64,000 nucleotides of DNA from Auanema rhodensis (Eukaryota > Animalia > Nematoda): NCBI GenBank assembly GCA_964057225.1, contig OZ059895.1:6758001-6822000 (forward strand). The letters run 5' to 3'. The position numbers were made by a program, and so were the translations under genes. Below the pieces are notes generated by a model. That model was not told where the DNA came from. It did not search any database and saw nothing but the letters and a program-made list of their open reading frames with translations. Positions 1 to 15,000 of the stretch are shown here, one piece after another (within the stretch, counting starts at the first letter, position 1; the number at the start of each line of letters is the position of its first letter).

Positions 1-3000
1 TTCCATCTTTCTGAAGATTCTGAAGCTTGTCTATCTCTTGACCGGAAATGTTTATTGTTCAGACAATCTCAGTCTAGAGTTTTGAATGTTTTTCTGAAGA
101 AGAATACGGTGCACGTGCCATTTGCCTTGGGGTATTCAACTTCATTTTTGGTTTAATTACCCAAGTTTGAGGTACTTTGATGATTCAACAACGGTTACAC
201 CTGATGTTGAACTAAATTTTGGAAAGCTCACTATATGTGAGCAACATTGATATTCCATCTTTCTGAAGATTCTGAAGCTTGTCTATCTCTTGAATGGAAA
301 CGTTTATTGTTCAGACAATCTCAGCCTAGAGTTTTGAATGTTTTTCTGAAGAAGAATACGGTGCACGTGCCATTTGCCTTGAGGTATTCATCTTCATCTT
401 TGGTTTAATTACCCAAGTTTGAGGTACTTTGATGATTCAACAAGGGTTACACCTGATGTTGAACTAAATTTTGGAAAGCTCACTATATGTGAGCAACATT
501 GATATTTCATCTTTCTGAAGATTCTGAAGCTTGTCTATCTCTTGACCGGAAATGTTTATTGTTCAGACAATCTCAGTCTAGAGTTTTGAATGTTTTTCTG
601 AAGAAGAATACGGTGCACGTGCCATTTGCCTTGGGGTATTCAACTTCATTTTTGGTTTAATTACCCAAGTTTGAGGTACTTTGATGATTCAACAAGGGTT
701 ACACCTGATGTTGAACTAAATTTTGGAAAGCTCACTATATGTGAGCAACATTTATATTTCATCTTTCTGAAGATTCTGAAGCTTGTCTATCTCTTGAGCG
801 GAAATGTTTATTGTTCAGACAATCTCAGTCTAGAGTTTTGAATGTTTTTCTGAAGAAGAATACGGTGCACGTGCCATTTGCCCTGGAGTATTCATCTTCA
901 TCTTTGGTTTAATTACCCAAGTTTGAGGTACTTTGATAATTCAACAACAGTTACACCTGATGTTGAACTAAATTTTCGAAAGCTCACTATATGTGAGCAA
1001 CATTGATATTTCATCTTTCTGAAGATTCTGAAGCTTGTCTATCTCTTGACCGGAAATGTTTATTGTTCAGACAATCTCAGTCTAGAGTTTTGAATGTTTT
1101 TCTGAAGAAGAATACGGTGCACGTGCCATTTGCCCTGGAGTATTCATCTTCATCTTTGGTTTAATTACCCAAGTTTGAGGTACTTTGATAATTCAACAAC
1201 AGTTACACCTGATGTTGAACTAAATTTTCGAAAGCTCACTATATGTGAGCAACATTGATATTTCATCTTTCTGAAGATTCTGAAGCTTGTCTATCTCTTG
1301 AATGGAAACGTTTATTGTTCGGAAATCTCAACCTAGAGTTTTGAATGTTTTTCTGAAGAAGAATACGGTGCACGTGCCATTTGCCTTGGGGTATTCATCT
1401 TCATCTTTGGTTTAATTACCCAAGTTTGAGGTACTTTGATAATTCAACAACGGTTACACCTGATGTTGAACTAAATTTTGGAAAGCTCACTATATGTGAG
1501 CAACATTGATATTTCTTCTCTCTGAACATTCGGAAGCTTGTCTATCTCTTGAATGGAAACGTTTATTGTTCAGACAATCTCAGCCTAGAGTTTTGAATGT
1601 TTTTCTGAAGAAGAATACGGTGCACGTGCCATTTGCCTTGGGGTGTTCATCTTCATCTTTGGTTTAATTACCCAAGTTTGAGGTACTTTGATAATTCAAC
1701 AACGGTTACACCTGATGTTGAACTAAATTTTCGAAAGCTCACTATATGTGAGCAACATTGATATTTCATCTTTCTGAAGATTCTGAAGCTTGTCTATCTC
1801 TTGAATGGAAACGTTTATTGTTCGGAAATCTCAACCTAGAGTTTTGAATGTTTTTCTGAAGAAGAATACGGTGCACGTGCCATTTGCCTTGGGGTATTCA
1901 TCTTCATCTTTGGTTTAATTACCCAAGTTTGAGGTACTTTGATGATTCAACAAGGGTTACACCTGATGTTGAACTAAATTTTGGAAAGCTCACTATATGT
2001 GAGCAACATTGATATTTCATCTTTCTGAAGATTCTGAAGCTTGTCTATCTCTTGAATGGAAACGTTTATTGTTCAGACAATCTCAGCCTAGAGTTTTGAA
2101 TGTTTTTCTGAAGAAGAATACGGTGCACGTGCCATTTGCCTTGAGGTATTCATCTTCATCTTTGGTTTAATTACCCAAGTTTGAGGTACTTTGATGATTC
2201 AACAAGGGTTACACCTGATGTTGAACTAAATTTTGGAAAGCTCACTATATGTGAGCAACATTGATATTTCATCTTTCTGAAGATTCTGAAGCTTGTCTAT
2301 CTCTTGACCGGAAATGTTTATTGTTCAGACAATCTCAGTCTAGAGTTTTGAATGTTTTTCTGAAGAAGAATACGGTGCACGTGCCATTTGCCTTGAGGTA
2401 TTCATCTTCATCTTTGGTTTAATTACCCAAGTTTGAGGTACTTTGATAATTCAACAACGGTTACACCTGATGTTGAACTAAATTTTGGAAAGCTCACTAT
2501 ATGTGAGCAACATTGATATTTCATCTTTCTGAAGATTCTGAAGCTTGTCTATCTCTTGATCGGAAATGTTTATTGTTCAGACAATCTCAGTCTAGAGTTT
2601 TGAATGTTTTTCTGAAGAAGAATACGGTGCACGTGCCATTTGCCTTGAGGTATTCATCTTCATCTTTGGTTTAATTACCCAAGTTTGAGGTATTTTGATA
2701 ATTCAACAACGGTTACACCTGATGTTGAACTAAATTTTGGAAAGCTCACTATATGTGAGCAACATTGATATTTCATCTTTCTGAAGATTCTGAAGCTTGT
2801 CTATCTCTTGATCGGAAATGTTTATTGTTCAGACAATCTCAGTCTAGAGTTTTGAATGTTTTTCTGAAGAAGAATACGGTGCACGTGCCATTTGCCTTGA
2901 GGTATTCATCTTCATTTTTGGTTTAATTACCCAAGTTTGAGGTACTTTGATGATTCAACAAGGGTTACACCTGATGTTGAACTAAATTTTGGAAAGCTCA

Positions 3001-6000
3001 CTATATGTGAGCAACATTGATATTCCATCTTTCTGAAGATTCTGAAGCTTGTCTATCTCTTTATCGGAAATGTTTATTGTTCAGACAATCTCAGCCTAGA
3101 GTTTTGAATGTTTTTCTGAAGAAGAATACGGTGCACGTGCCATTTGCCTTGAGGTATTCATCTTCATCTTTGGTTTAATTACCCAAGTTTGAGGTACTTT
3201 GATGATTCAACAAGGGTTACACCTGATGTTGAACTAAGTTTTGGAAAGCTCACTATATGTGAGCAACATTGATATTCCATCTTTCTGAAGATTCTGAAGC
3301 TTGTCTATCTCTTGATCGGAAATGTTTATTGTTCAGACAATCTCAGCCTAGAGTTTTGAATGTTTTTCTGAAGAAGAATACGGTGCACGTGCCATTTGCC
3401 TTGAGGTATTCATCTTCATCTTTGGTTTAATTACCCAAGTTTGAGGTACTTTGATAATTCAACAACGGTTACACCTGATGTTGAACTAAGTTTTGGAAAG
3501 CTCACTATATGTGAGCAACATTGATATTCCATCTTTCTGAAGATTCTGAAGCTTGTCTATCTCTTGATCGGAAATGTTTATTGTTCAGACAATCTCAGCC
3601 TAGAGTTTTGAATGTTTTTCTGAAGAAGAATACGGTGCACGTGCCATTTGCCTTGAGGTATTCATCTTCATCTTTGGTTTAATTACCCAAGTTTGAGGTA
3701 TTTTGATAATTCAACAACGGTTACACCTGATGTTGAACTAAATTTTGGAAAGCTCACTATATGTGAGCAACATTGATATTCCATCTTTCTGAAGATTCTG
3801 AAGCTTGTCTATCTCTTGATCGGAAATGTTTATTGTTCAGACAATCTCAGCCTAGAGTTTTGAATGTTTTTCTGAAGAAGAATACGGTGCACGTGCCATT
3901 TGCCTTGAGGTATTCATCTTCATCTTTGGTTTAATTACCCAAGTTTGAGGTATTTTGATAATTCAACAACGGTTACACCTGATGTTGAACTAAATTTTGG
4001 AAAGCTCACTATATGTGAGCAACATTGATATTCCATCTTTCTGAAGATTCTGAAGCTTGTCTATCTCTTGATCGGAAATGTTTATTGTTCAGACAATCTC
4101 AGCCTAGAGTTTTGAATGTTTTTCTGAAGAAGAATACGGTGCACGTGCCATTTGCCTTGAGGTATTCATCTTCATCTTTGGTTTAATTACCCAAGTTTGA
4201 GGTACTTTGATAATTCAACAACGGTTACACCTGATGTTGAACTAAGTTTTGGAAAGCTCACTATATGTGAGCAACATTGATATTCCATCTTTCTGAAGAT
4301 TCTGCAGCTTGTCTATCTCTTGATCGGAAATGTTTATTGTTCAGACAATCTCAGCCTAGAGTTTTGAATGTTTTTCTGAAGAAGAATACGGTGCACGTGC
4401 CATTTGCCTTGAGGTATTCATCTTCATCTTTGGTTTAATTACCCAAGTTTGAGGTACTTTGATAATTCAACAACGGTTACACCTGATGTTGAACTAAGTT
4501 TTGGAAAGCTCACTATATGTGAGCAACATTGATATTCCATCTTTCTGAAGATTCTGAAGCTTGTCTATCTCTTGATCGGAAATGTTTATTGTTCAGACAA
4601 TCTCAGCCTAGAGTTTTGAATGTTTTTCTGAAGAAGAATACGGTGCACGTGCCATTTGCCTTGAGGTATTCATCTTCATCTTTGGTTTAATTACCCAAGT
4701 TTGAGGTACTTTGATAATTCAACAACGGTTACACCTGATGTTGAACTAAATTTTGGAAAGCTCACTATATGTGAGCAACATTGATATTCCATCTTTCTGA
4801 AGATTCTGAAGCTTGTCTATCTCTTGATCGGAAATGTTTATTGTTCAGACAATCTCAGCCTAGAGTTTTGAATGTTTTTCTGAAGAAGAATACGGTGCAC
4901 GTGCCATTTGCCTTGAGGTATTCATCTTCATCTTTGGTTTAATTACCCAAGTTTGAGGTACTTTGATAATTCAACAACGGTTACACCTGATGTTGAACTA
5001 AGTTTTGGAAAGCTCACTATATGTGAGCAACATTGATATTCCATCTTTCTGAAGATTCTGAAGCTTGTCTATCTCTTGATCGGAAATGTTTATTGTTCAG
5101 ACAATCTCAGCCTAGAGTTTTGAATGTTTTTCTGAAGAAGAATACGGTGCACGTGCCATTTGCCTTGAGGTATTCATCTTCATCTTTGGTTTAATTACCC
5201 AAGTTTGAGGTATTTTGATAATTCAACAACGGTTACACCTGATGTTGAACTAAATTTTGGAAAGCTCACTATATGTGAGCAACATTGATATTCCATCTTT
5301 CTGAAGATTCTGAAGCTTGTCTATCTCTTGATCGGAAATGTTTATTGTTCAGACAATCTCAGCCTAGAGTTTTGAATGTTTTTCTGAAGAAGAATACGGT
5401 GCACGTGCCATTTGCCTTGAGGTATTCATCTTCATCTTTGGTTTAATTACCCAAGTTTGAGGTATTTTGATAATTCAACAACGGTTACACCTGATGTTGA
5501 ACTAAATTTTGGAAAGCTCACTATATGTGAGCAACATTGATATTCCATCTTTCTGAAGATTCTGAAGCTTGTCTATCTCTTGATCGGAAATGTTTATTGT
5601 TCAGACAATCTCAGCCTAGAGTTTTGAATGTTTTTCTGAAGAAGAATACGGTGCACGTGCCATTTGCCCTGGAGTATTCATCTTCATCTTTGGTTTAATT
5701 ACCCAAGTTTGAGGTACTTTGATGATTCAACAACGGTTACACCTGATGTTGAACTAAATTTTGGAAAGCTCACTATATGTGAGCAACATTAATATTCCAT
5801 CTTTCTGAAGATTCTGAAGCTTGTCTATCTCTTGATCGGAAATGTTTATTGTTCAGACAATCTCAGCCTAGAGTTTTGAATGTTTTTCTGAAGAAGAATA
5901 CGGTGCACGTGCCATTTGCCTTGAGGTATTCATCTTCATCTTTGGTTTAATTACCCAAGTTTGAGGTATTTTGATAATTCAACAACGGTTACACCTGATG

Positions 6001-9000
6001 TTGAACTAAATTTTGGAAAGCTCACTATATGTGAGCAACATTGATATTCCATCTTTCTGAAGATTCTGAAGCTTGTCTATCTCTTGATCGGAAATGTTTA
6101 TTGTTCAGACAATCTCAGCCTAGAGTTTTGAATGTTTTTCTGAAGAAGAATACGGTGCACGTGCCATTTGCCCTGGAGTATTCATCTTCATCTTTGGTTT
6201 AATTACCCAAGTTTGAGGTACTTTGATAATTCAACAACGGTTACACCTGATGTTGAACTAAATTTTGGAAAGCTCACTATATGTGAGCAACATTAATATT
6301 CCATCTTTCTGAAGATTCTGAAGCTTGTCTATCTCTTGATCGGAAATGTTTATTGTTCAGACAATCTCAGCCTAGAGTTTTGAATGTTTTTCTGAAGAAG
6401 AATACGGTGCACGTGCCATTTGCCTTGAGGTATTCATCTTCATCTTTGGTTTAATTACCCAAGTTTGAGGTATTTTGATAATTCAACAACGGTTACACCT
6501 GATGTTGAACTAAATTTTGGAAAGCTCACTATATGTGAGCAACATTGATATTCCATCTTTCTGAAGATTCTGAAGCTTGTCTATCTCTTGATCGGAAATG
6601 TTTATTGTTCAGACAATCTCAGCCTAGAGTTTTGAATGTTTTTCTGAAGAAGAATACGGTGCACGTGCCATTTGCCTTGAGGTATTCATCTTCATCTTTG
6701 GTTTAATTACCCAAGTTTGAGGTACTTTGATAATTCAACAACGGTTACACCTGATGTTGAACTAAATTTTGGAAAGCTCACTATATGTGAGCAACATTGA
6801 TATTCCATCTTTCTGAAGATTCTGAAGCTTGTCTATCTCTTGATCGGAAATGTTTATTGTTCAGACAATCTCAGCCTAGAGTTTTGAATGTTTTTCTGAA
6901 GAAGAATACGGTGCACGTGCCATTTGCCTTGAGGTATTCATCTTCATCTTTGGTTTAATTACCCAAGTTTGAGGTATTTTGATAAATCAACAACGGTTAC
7001 ACCTGATGTTGAACTAAATTTTGGAAAGCTCACTATATGTGAGCAACATTGATATTTCATCTTTCTGAAGATTCTGAAGCTTGTCTATCTCTTGATCGGA
7101 AATGTTTATTGTTCAGACAATCTCAGCCTAGAGTTTTGAATGTTTTTCTGAAGAAGAATACGGTGCACGTGCCATTTGCCTTGAGGTATTCATCTTCATC
7201 TTTGGTTTAATTACCCAAGTTTGAGGTACTTTGATGATTCAACAAGGGTTACACCTGATGCTGAACTAAATTTTGGAAAGCTCACTATATGTGAGCAACA
7301 TTGATATTCCATCTTTCTGAAGATTCTGAAGCTTGTCTATCTCTTGATCGGAAATGTTTATTGTTCAGACAATCTCAGTCTAGAGTTTTGAATGTTTTTC
7401 TGAAGAAGAATACGGTGCACGTGCCATTTGCCCTGGAGTATTCATCTTCATCTTTGGTTTAATTACCCAAGTTTGAGGTACTTTGATAATTCAACAACGG
7501 TTACACCTGATGTTGAACTAAATTTTGGAAAGCTCACTATATGTGAGCAACATTAATATTCCATCTTTCTGAAGATTCTGAAGCTTGTCTATCTCTTGAT
7601 CGGAAATGTTTATTGTTCAGACAATCTCAGCCTAGAGTTTTGAATGTTTTTCTGAAGAAGAATACGGTGCACGTGCCATTTGCCTTGAGGTATTCATCTT
7701 CATCTTTGGTTTAATTACCCAAGTTTGAGGTATTTTGATAATTCAACAACGGTTACACCTGATGTTGAACTAAATTTTGGAAAGCTCACTATATGTGAGC
7801 AACATTGATATTCCATCTTTCTGAAGATTCTGAAGCTTGTCTATCTCTTGATCGGAAATGTTTATTGTTCAGACAATCTCAGCCTAGAGTTTTGAATGTT
7901 TTTCTGAAGAAGAATACGGTGCACGTGCCATTTGCCTTGAGGTATTCATCTTCATCTTTGGTTTAATTACCCAAGTTTGAGGTATTTTGATAAATCAACA
8001 ACGGTTACACCTGATGTTGAACTAAATTTTGGAAAGCTCACTATATGTGAGCAACATTGATATTTCATCTTTCTGAAGATTCTGAAGCTTGTCTATCTCT
8101 TGATCGGAAATGTTTATTGTTCAGACAATCTCAGCCTAGAGTTTTGAATGTTTTTCTGAAGAAGAATACGGTGCACGTGCCATTTGCCTTGAGGTATTCA
8201 TCTTCATCTTTGGTTTAATTACCCAAGTTTGAGGTACTTTGATGATTCAACAAGGGTTACACCTGATGCTGAACTAAATTTTGGAAAGCTCACTATATGT
8301 GAGCAACATTGATATTCCATCTTTCTGAAGATTCTGAAGCTTGTCTATCTCTTTATCGGAAATGTTTATTGTTCAGACAATCTCAGCCTAGAGTTTTGAA
8401 TGTTTTTCTGAAGAAGAATACGGTGCACGTGCCATTTGCCTTGAGGTATTCATCTTCATCTTTGGTTTAATTACCCAAGTTTGAGGTACTTTGATGATTC
8501 AACAAGGGTTACACCTGATGCTGAACTAAATTTTGGAAAGCTCACTATATGTGAGCAACATTGATATTCCATCTTTCTGAAGATTCTGAAGCTTGTCTAT
8601 CTCTTTATCGGAAATGTTTATTGTTCAGACAATCTCAGCCTAGAGTTTTGAATGTTTTTCTGAAGAAGAATACGGTGCACGTGCCATTTGCCTTGAGGTA
8701 TTCATCTTCATCTTTGGTTTAATTACCCAAGTTTGAGGTATTTTGATAAATCAACAACGGTTACACCTGATGTTGAACTAAATTTTGGAAAGCTCACTAT
8801 ATGTGAGCAACATTGATATTTCATCTTTCTGAAGATTCTGAAGCTTGTCTATCTCTTGATCGGAAATGTTTATTGTTCAGACAATCTCAGTCTAGAGTTT
8901 TGAATGTTTTTCTGAAGAAGAATACGGTGCACGTGCCATTTGCCTTGAGGTATTCATCTTCATCTTTGGTTTAATTACCCAAGTTTGAGGTACTTTGATA

Positions 9001-12000
9001 ATTCAACAACGGTTACACCTGATGTTGAACTAAGTTTTGGAAAGCTCACTATATGTGAGCAACATTGATATTCCATCTTTCTGAAGATTCTGAAGCTTGT
9101 CTATCTCTTGAATGGAAACGTTTATTGTTCAGACAATCTCAGCCTAGAGTTTTGAATGTTTTTCTGAAGAAGAATACGGTGCACGTGCCATTTGCCTTGA
9201 GGTATTCATCTTCATCTTTGGTTTAATCACCCAAGTTTGAGGTATTTTGATAATTCAACAACGGTTACACCTGATGTTGAACTAAATTTTGGAAAGCTCA
9301 CTATATGTGAGCAACATTGATATTCCATCTTTCTGAAGATTCTGAAGCTTGTCTATCTCTTTATCGGAAATGTTTATTGTTCAGACAATCTCAGTCTAGA
9401 GTTTTGAATGTTTTTCTGAAGAAGAATACGGTGCACGTGCCATTTGCCTTGAGGTATTCATCTTCATCTTTGGTTTAATTACCCAAGTTTGAGGTACTTT
9501 GATGATTCAACAAGGGTTACACCTGATGTTGAACTAAATTTTGGAAAGCTCACTATATGTGAGCAACATTGATATTCCATCTTTCTGAAGATTCTGAAGC
9601 TTGTCTATCTCTTTATCGGAAATGTTTATTGTTCAGACAATCTCAGCCTAGAGTTTTGAATGTTTTTCTGAAGAAGAATACGGTGCACGTGCCATTTGCC
9701 TTGAGGTATTCATCTTCATCTTTGGTTTAATTACCCAAGTTTGAGGTACTTTGATGATTCAACAAGGGTTACACCTGATGTTGAACTAAATTTTGGAAAG
9801 CTCACTATATGTGAGCAACATTGATATTCCATCTTTCTGAAGATTCTGAAGCTTGTCTATCTCTTGATCGGAAATGTTTATTGTTCAGACAATCTCAGTC
9901 TAGAGTTTTGAATGTTTTTCTGAAGAAGAATACGGTGCACGTGCCATTTGCCTTGAGGTATTCATCTTCATCTTTGGTTTAATTACCCAAGTTTGAGGTA
10001 CTTTGATGATTCAACAAGGGTTACACCTGATGTTGAACTAAATTTTGGAAAGCTCACTATATGTGAGCAACATTGATATTCCATCTTTCTGAAGATTCTG
10101 AAGCTTGTCTATCTCTTTATCGGAAATGTTTATTGTTCAGACAATCTCAGCCTAGAGTTTTGAATGTTTTTCTGAAGAAGAATACGGTGCACGTGCCATT
10201 TGCCTTGAGGTATTCATCTTCATCTTTGGTTTAATTACCCAAGTTTGAGGTACTTTGATAATTCAACAACGGTTACACCTGATGTTGAACTAAATTTTGG
10301 AAAGCTCACTATATGTGAGCAACATTGATATTCCATCTTTCTGAAGATTCTGAAGCTTGTCTATCTCTTGATCGGAAATGTTTATTGTTCAGACAATCTC
10401 AGCCTAGAGTTTTGAATGTTTTTCTGAAGAAGAATACGGTGCACGTGCCATTTGCCTTGAGGTATTCATCTTCATCTTTGGTTTAATTACCCAAGTTTGA
10501 GGTACTTTGATAATTCAACAACGGTTACACCTGATGTTGAACTAAGTTTTGGAAAGCTCACTATATGTGAGCAACATTGATATTCCATCTTTCTGAAGAT
10601 TCTGAAGCTTGTCTATCTCTTGAATGGAAACGTTTATTGTTCAGACAATCTCAGCCTAGAGTTTTGAATGTTTTTCTGAAGAAGAATACGGTGCACGTGC
10701 CATTTGCCTTGAGGTATTCATCTTCATCTTTGGTTTAATTACCCAAGTTTGAGGTACTTTGATGATTCAACAAGGGTTACACCTGATGTTGAACTAAATT
10801 TTGGAAAGCTCACTATATGTGAACAACATTGATATTCCATCTTTCTGAAGATTCTGAAGCTTGTCTATCTCTTTATCGGAAATGTTTATTGTTCAGACAA
10901 TCTCAGCCTAGAGTTTTGAATGTTTTTCTGAAGAAGAATACGGTGCACGTGCCATTTGCCTTGAGGTATTCATCTTCATCTTTGGTTTAATTACCCAAGT
11001 TTGAGGTACTTTGATAATTCAACAACGGTTACACCTGATGTTGAACTAAATTTTGGAAAGCTCACTATATGTGAGCAACATTGATATTCCATCTTTCTGA
11101 AGATTCTGAAGCTTGTCTATCTCTTGATCGGAAATGTTTATTGTTCAGACAATCTCAGCCTAGAGTTTTGAATGTTTTTCTGAAGAAGAATACGGTGCAC
11201 GTGCCATTTGCCTTGAGGTATTCATCTTCATCTTTGGTTTAATTACCCAAGTTTGAGGTATTTTGATAATTCAACAACGGTTACACCTGATGTTGAACTA
11301 AATTTTGGAAAGCTCACTATATGTGAGCAACATTGATATTCCATCTTTCTGAAGATTCTGAAGCTTGTCTATCTCTTGAATGGAAACGTTTATTGTTCAG
11401 ACAATCTCAGCCTAGAGTTTTGAATGTTTTTCTGAAGAAGAATACGGTGCACGTGCCATTTGCCTTGAGGTATTCATCTTCATCTTTGGTTTAATTACCC
11501 AAGTTTGAGGTATTTTGATAATTCAACAACGGTTACACCTGATGTTGAACTAAATTTTGGAAAGCTCACTATATGTGAGCAACATTGATATTCCATCTTT
11601 CTGAAGATTCTGAAGCTTGTCTATCTCTTTATCGGAAATGTTTATTGTTCAGACAATCTCAGCCTAGAGTTTTGAATGTTTTTCTGAAGAAGAATACGGT
11701 GCACGTGCCATTTGCCTTGAGGTATTCATCTTCATCTTTGGTTTAATTACCCAAGTTTGAGGTACTTTGATAAATCAACAACGGTTACACCTGATGTTGA
11801 ACTAAGTTTTGGAAAGCTCACTATATGTGAGCAACATTGATATTCCATCTTTCTGAAGATTCTGAAGCTTGTCTATCTCTTGATCGGAAATGTTTATTGT
11901 TCAGACAATCTCAGCCTAGAGTTTTGAATGTTTTTCCGAAGAAGAATACGGTGCACGTGCCATTTGACTTGAGGTATTCATCTTCATCTTTGGTTTAATT

Positions 12001-15000
12001 ACCCAAGTTTGAGGTATTTTGATAATTCAACAACTGTTACACCTGATGTTGAACTAAATTTTGGAAAGCTCACTATATGTGAGCAACATTGATATTTCAT
12101 CTTTCTGAAGATTCTGAAGCTTGTCTATCTCTTGATCGGAAATGTTTATTGTTCAGACAATCTCAGCCTAGAGTTTTGAATGTTTTTCTGAAGAAGAATA
12201 CGGTGCACGTGCCATTTGCCTTGAGGTATTCATCTTCATCTTTGGTTTAATTACCCAAGTTTGAGGTACTTTGATGATTCAACAAGGGTTACACCTGATG
12301 TTGAACTAAATTTTGGAAAGCTCACTATATGTGAGCAACATTGATATTCCTTCTTTCTGAAGATTCTGAAGCTTGTCTATCTCTTGATCGGAAATGTTTA
12401 TTGTTCAGACAATCTCAGTCTAGAGTTTTGAATGTTTTTCTGAAGAAGAATACGGTGCACCTGCCATTTGCCTTGAGGTATTCATCTTCATCTTTGGTTT
12501 AATTACCCAAGTTTGAGGTATTTTGATAATTCAACAACGGTTACACCTGATGTTGAACTAAATTTTGGAAAGCTCACTATATGTGAGCAACATTGATATT
12601 CCATCTTTCTGAAGATTCTGAAGCTTGTCTATCTCTTGAATGGAAACGTTTATTGTTCAGACAATCTCAGCCTAGAGTTTTGAATGTTTTTCTGAAGAAG
12701 AATACGGTGCACGTGCCATTTGCCTTGAGGTATTCATCTTCATCTTTGGTTTAATTACCCAAGTTTGAGGTATTTTGATAATTCAACAACGGTTACACCT
12801 GATGTTGAACTAAATTTTGGAAAGCTCACTTTATGTGAGCAACATTGATATTCCATCTTTCTGAAGATTCTGAAGCTTGTCTATCTCTTGAATGGAAACG
12901 TTTATTGTTCAGACAATCTCAGCCTAGAGTTTTGAATGTTTTTCTGAAGAAGAATACGGTGCACGTGCCATTTGCCTTGAGGTATTCATCTTCATCTTTG
13001 GTTTAATTACCCAAGTTTGAGGTACTTTGATAATTCAACAACGGTTACACCTGATGTTGAACTAAGTTTTGGAAAGCTCACTATATGTGAGCAACATTGA
13101 TATTCCATCTTTCTGAAGATTCTGAAGCTTGTCTATCTATTGAATGAAAACGTTTATTGTTCAGACAATCTCAGCCTAGAGTTTTGAATGTTTTTCTGAA
13201 GAAGAATACGGTGCACGTGCCATTTGCCTTGAGGTATTCATCTTCATCTTTGGTTTAATTACCCAAGTTTGAGGTATTTTGATAATTCAACAACGGTTAC
13301 ACCTGATGTTGAACTAAATTTTGGAAAGCTCACTTTATGTGAGCAACATTGATATTCCATCTTTCTGAAGATTCTGAAGCTTGTCTATCTCTTGATCGGA
13401 AATGTTTATTGTTCAGACAATCTCAGTCTAGAGTTTTGAATGTTTTTCTGAAGAAGAATACGGTGCACGTGCCATTTGCCTTGAGGTATTCATCTTCATC
13501 TTTGGTTGAATTACCCAAGTTTGAGGTACTTTGATAATTCAACAACGGTTACACCTGATGTTGAACTAAGTTTTGGAAAGCTCACTATATGTGAGCAACA
13601 TTGATATTCCATCTTTCTGAAGATTCTGAAGCTTGTCTATCTCTTGAATGGAAACGTTTATTGTTCAGACAATCTCAGTCTAGAGTTTTGAATGTTTTTC
13701 TGAAGAAGAATACGGTGCACGTGCCATTTGCCTTGAGGTATTCATCTTCATCTTTGGTTGAATTACCCAAGTTTGAGGTACTTTGATAATTCAACAACGG
13801 TTACACCTGATGTTGAACTAAGTTTTGGAAAGCTCACTATATGTGAGCAACATTGATATTCCATCTTTCTGAAGATTCTGAAGCTTGTCTATCTCTTGAA
13901 TGGAAACGTTTATTCTTCAGACAATCTCAGTCTAGAGTTTTGAATGTTTTTCTGAAGAAGAATACGGTGCACGTGCCATTTGCCTTGAGGTATTCATCTT
14001 CATCTTTGGTTTAATTACCCAAGTTTGAGGTACTTTGATAATTCAACAACGGTTACACCTGATGTTGAACTAAGTTTTGGAAAGCTCACTATATGTGAGC
14101 AACATTGATATTCCATCTTTCTGAAGATTCTGAAGCTTGTCTATCTCTTTATCGGAAATGTTTATTGTTCAGACAATCTCAGCCTAGAGTTTTGAATGTT
14201 TTTCTGAAGAAGAATACGGTGCACGTGCCATTTGCCTTGAGGTATTCATCTTCATCTTTGGTTTAATTACCCAAGTTTGAGGTACTTTGATAATTCAACA
14301 ACGGTTACACCTGATGTTGAACTAAGTTTTGGAAAGCTCACTATATGTGAGCAACATTGATATTCCATCTTTCTGAAGATTCTGAAGCTTGTCTATCTAT
14401 TGAATGAAAACGTTTATTGTTCAGACAATCTCAGCCTAGAGTTTTGAATGTTTTTCTGAAGAAGAATACGGTGCACGTGCCATTTGCCTTGAGGTATTCA
14501 TCTTCATCTTTGGTTTAATTACCCAAGTTTGAGGTATTTTGATAATTCAACAACGGTTACACCTGATGTTGAACTAAGTTTTGGAAAGCTCACTATATGT
14601 GAGCAACATTGATATTCCATCTTTCTGAAGATTCTGAAGCTTGTCTATCTCTTGAATGGAAACGTTTATTGTTCAGACAATCTCAGCCTAGAGTTTTGAA
14701 TGTTTTTCTGAAGAAGAATACGGTGCACGTGCCATTTGCCTTGAGGTATTCATCTTCATCTTTGGTTTAATTACCCAAGTTTGAGGTATTTTGATAATTC
14801 AACAACGGTTACACCTGATGTTGAACTAAATTTTGGAAAGCTCACTTTATGTGAGCAACATTGATATTCCATCTTTCTGAAGATTCTGAAGCTTGTCTAT
14901 CTCTTGATCGGAAATGTTTATTGTTCAGACAATCTCAGTCTAGAGTTTTGAATGTTTTTCTGAAGAAGAATACGGTGCACGTGCCATTTGCCTTGAGGTA

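Noticed and set aside
11-75. Hammerhead ribozyme in the satellite (CTGAAGA...GAAA...ATC)
   Set aside because: Core-like words are present, but stems I and II cannot form in the required geometry.
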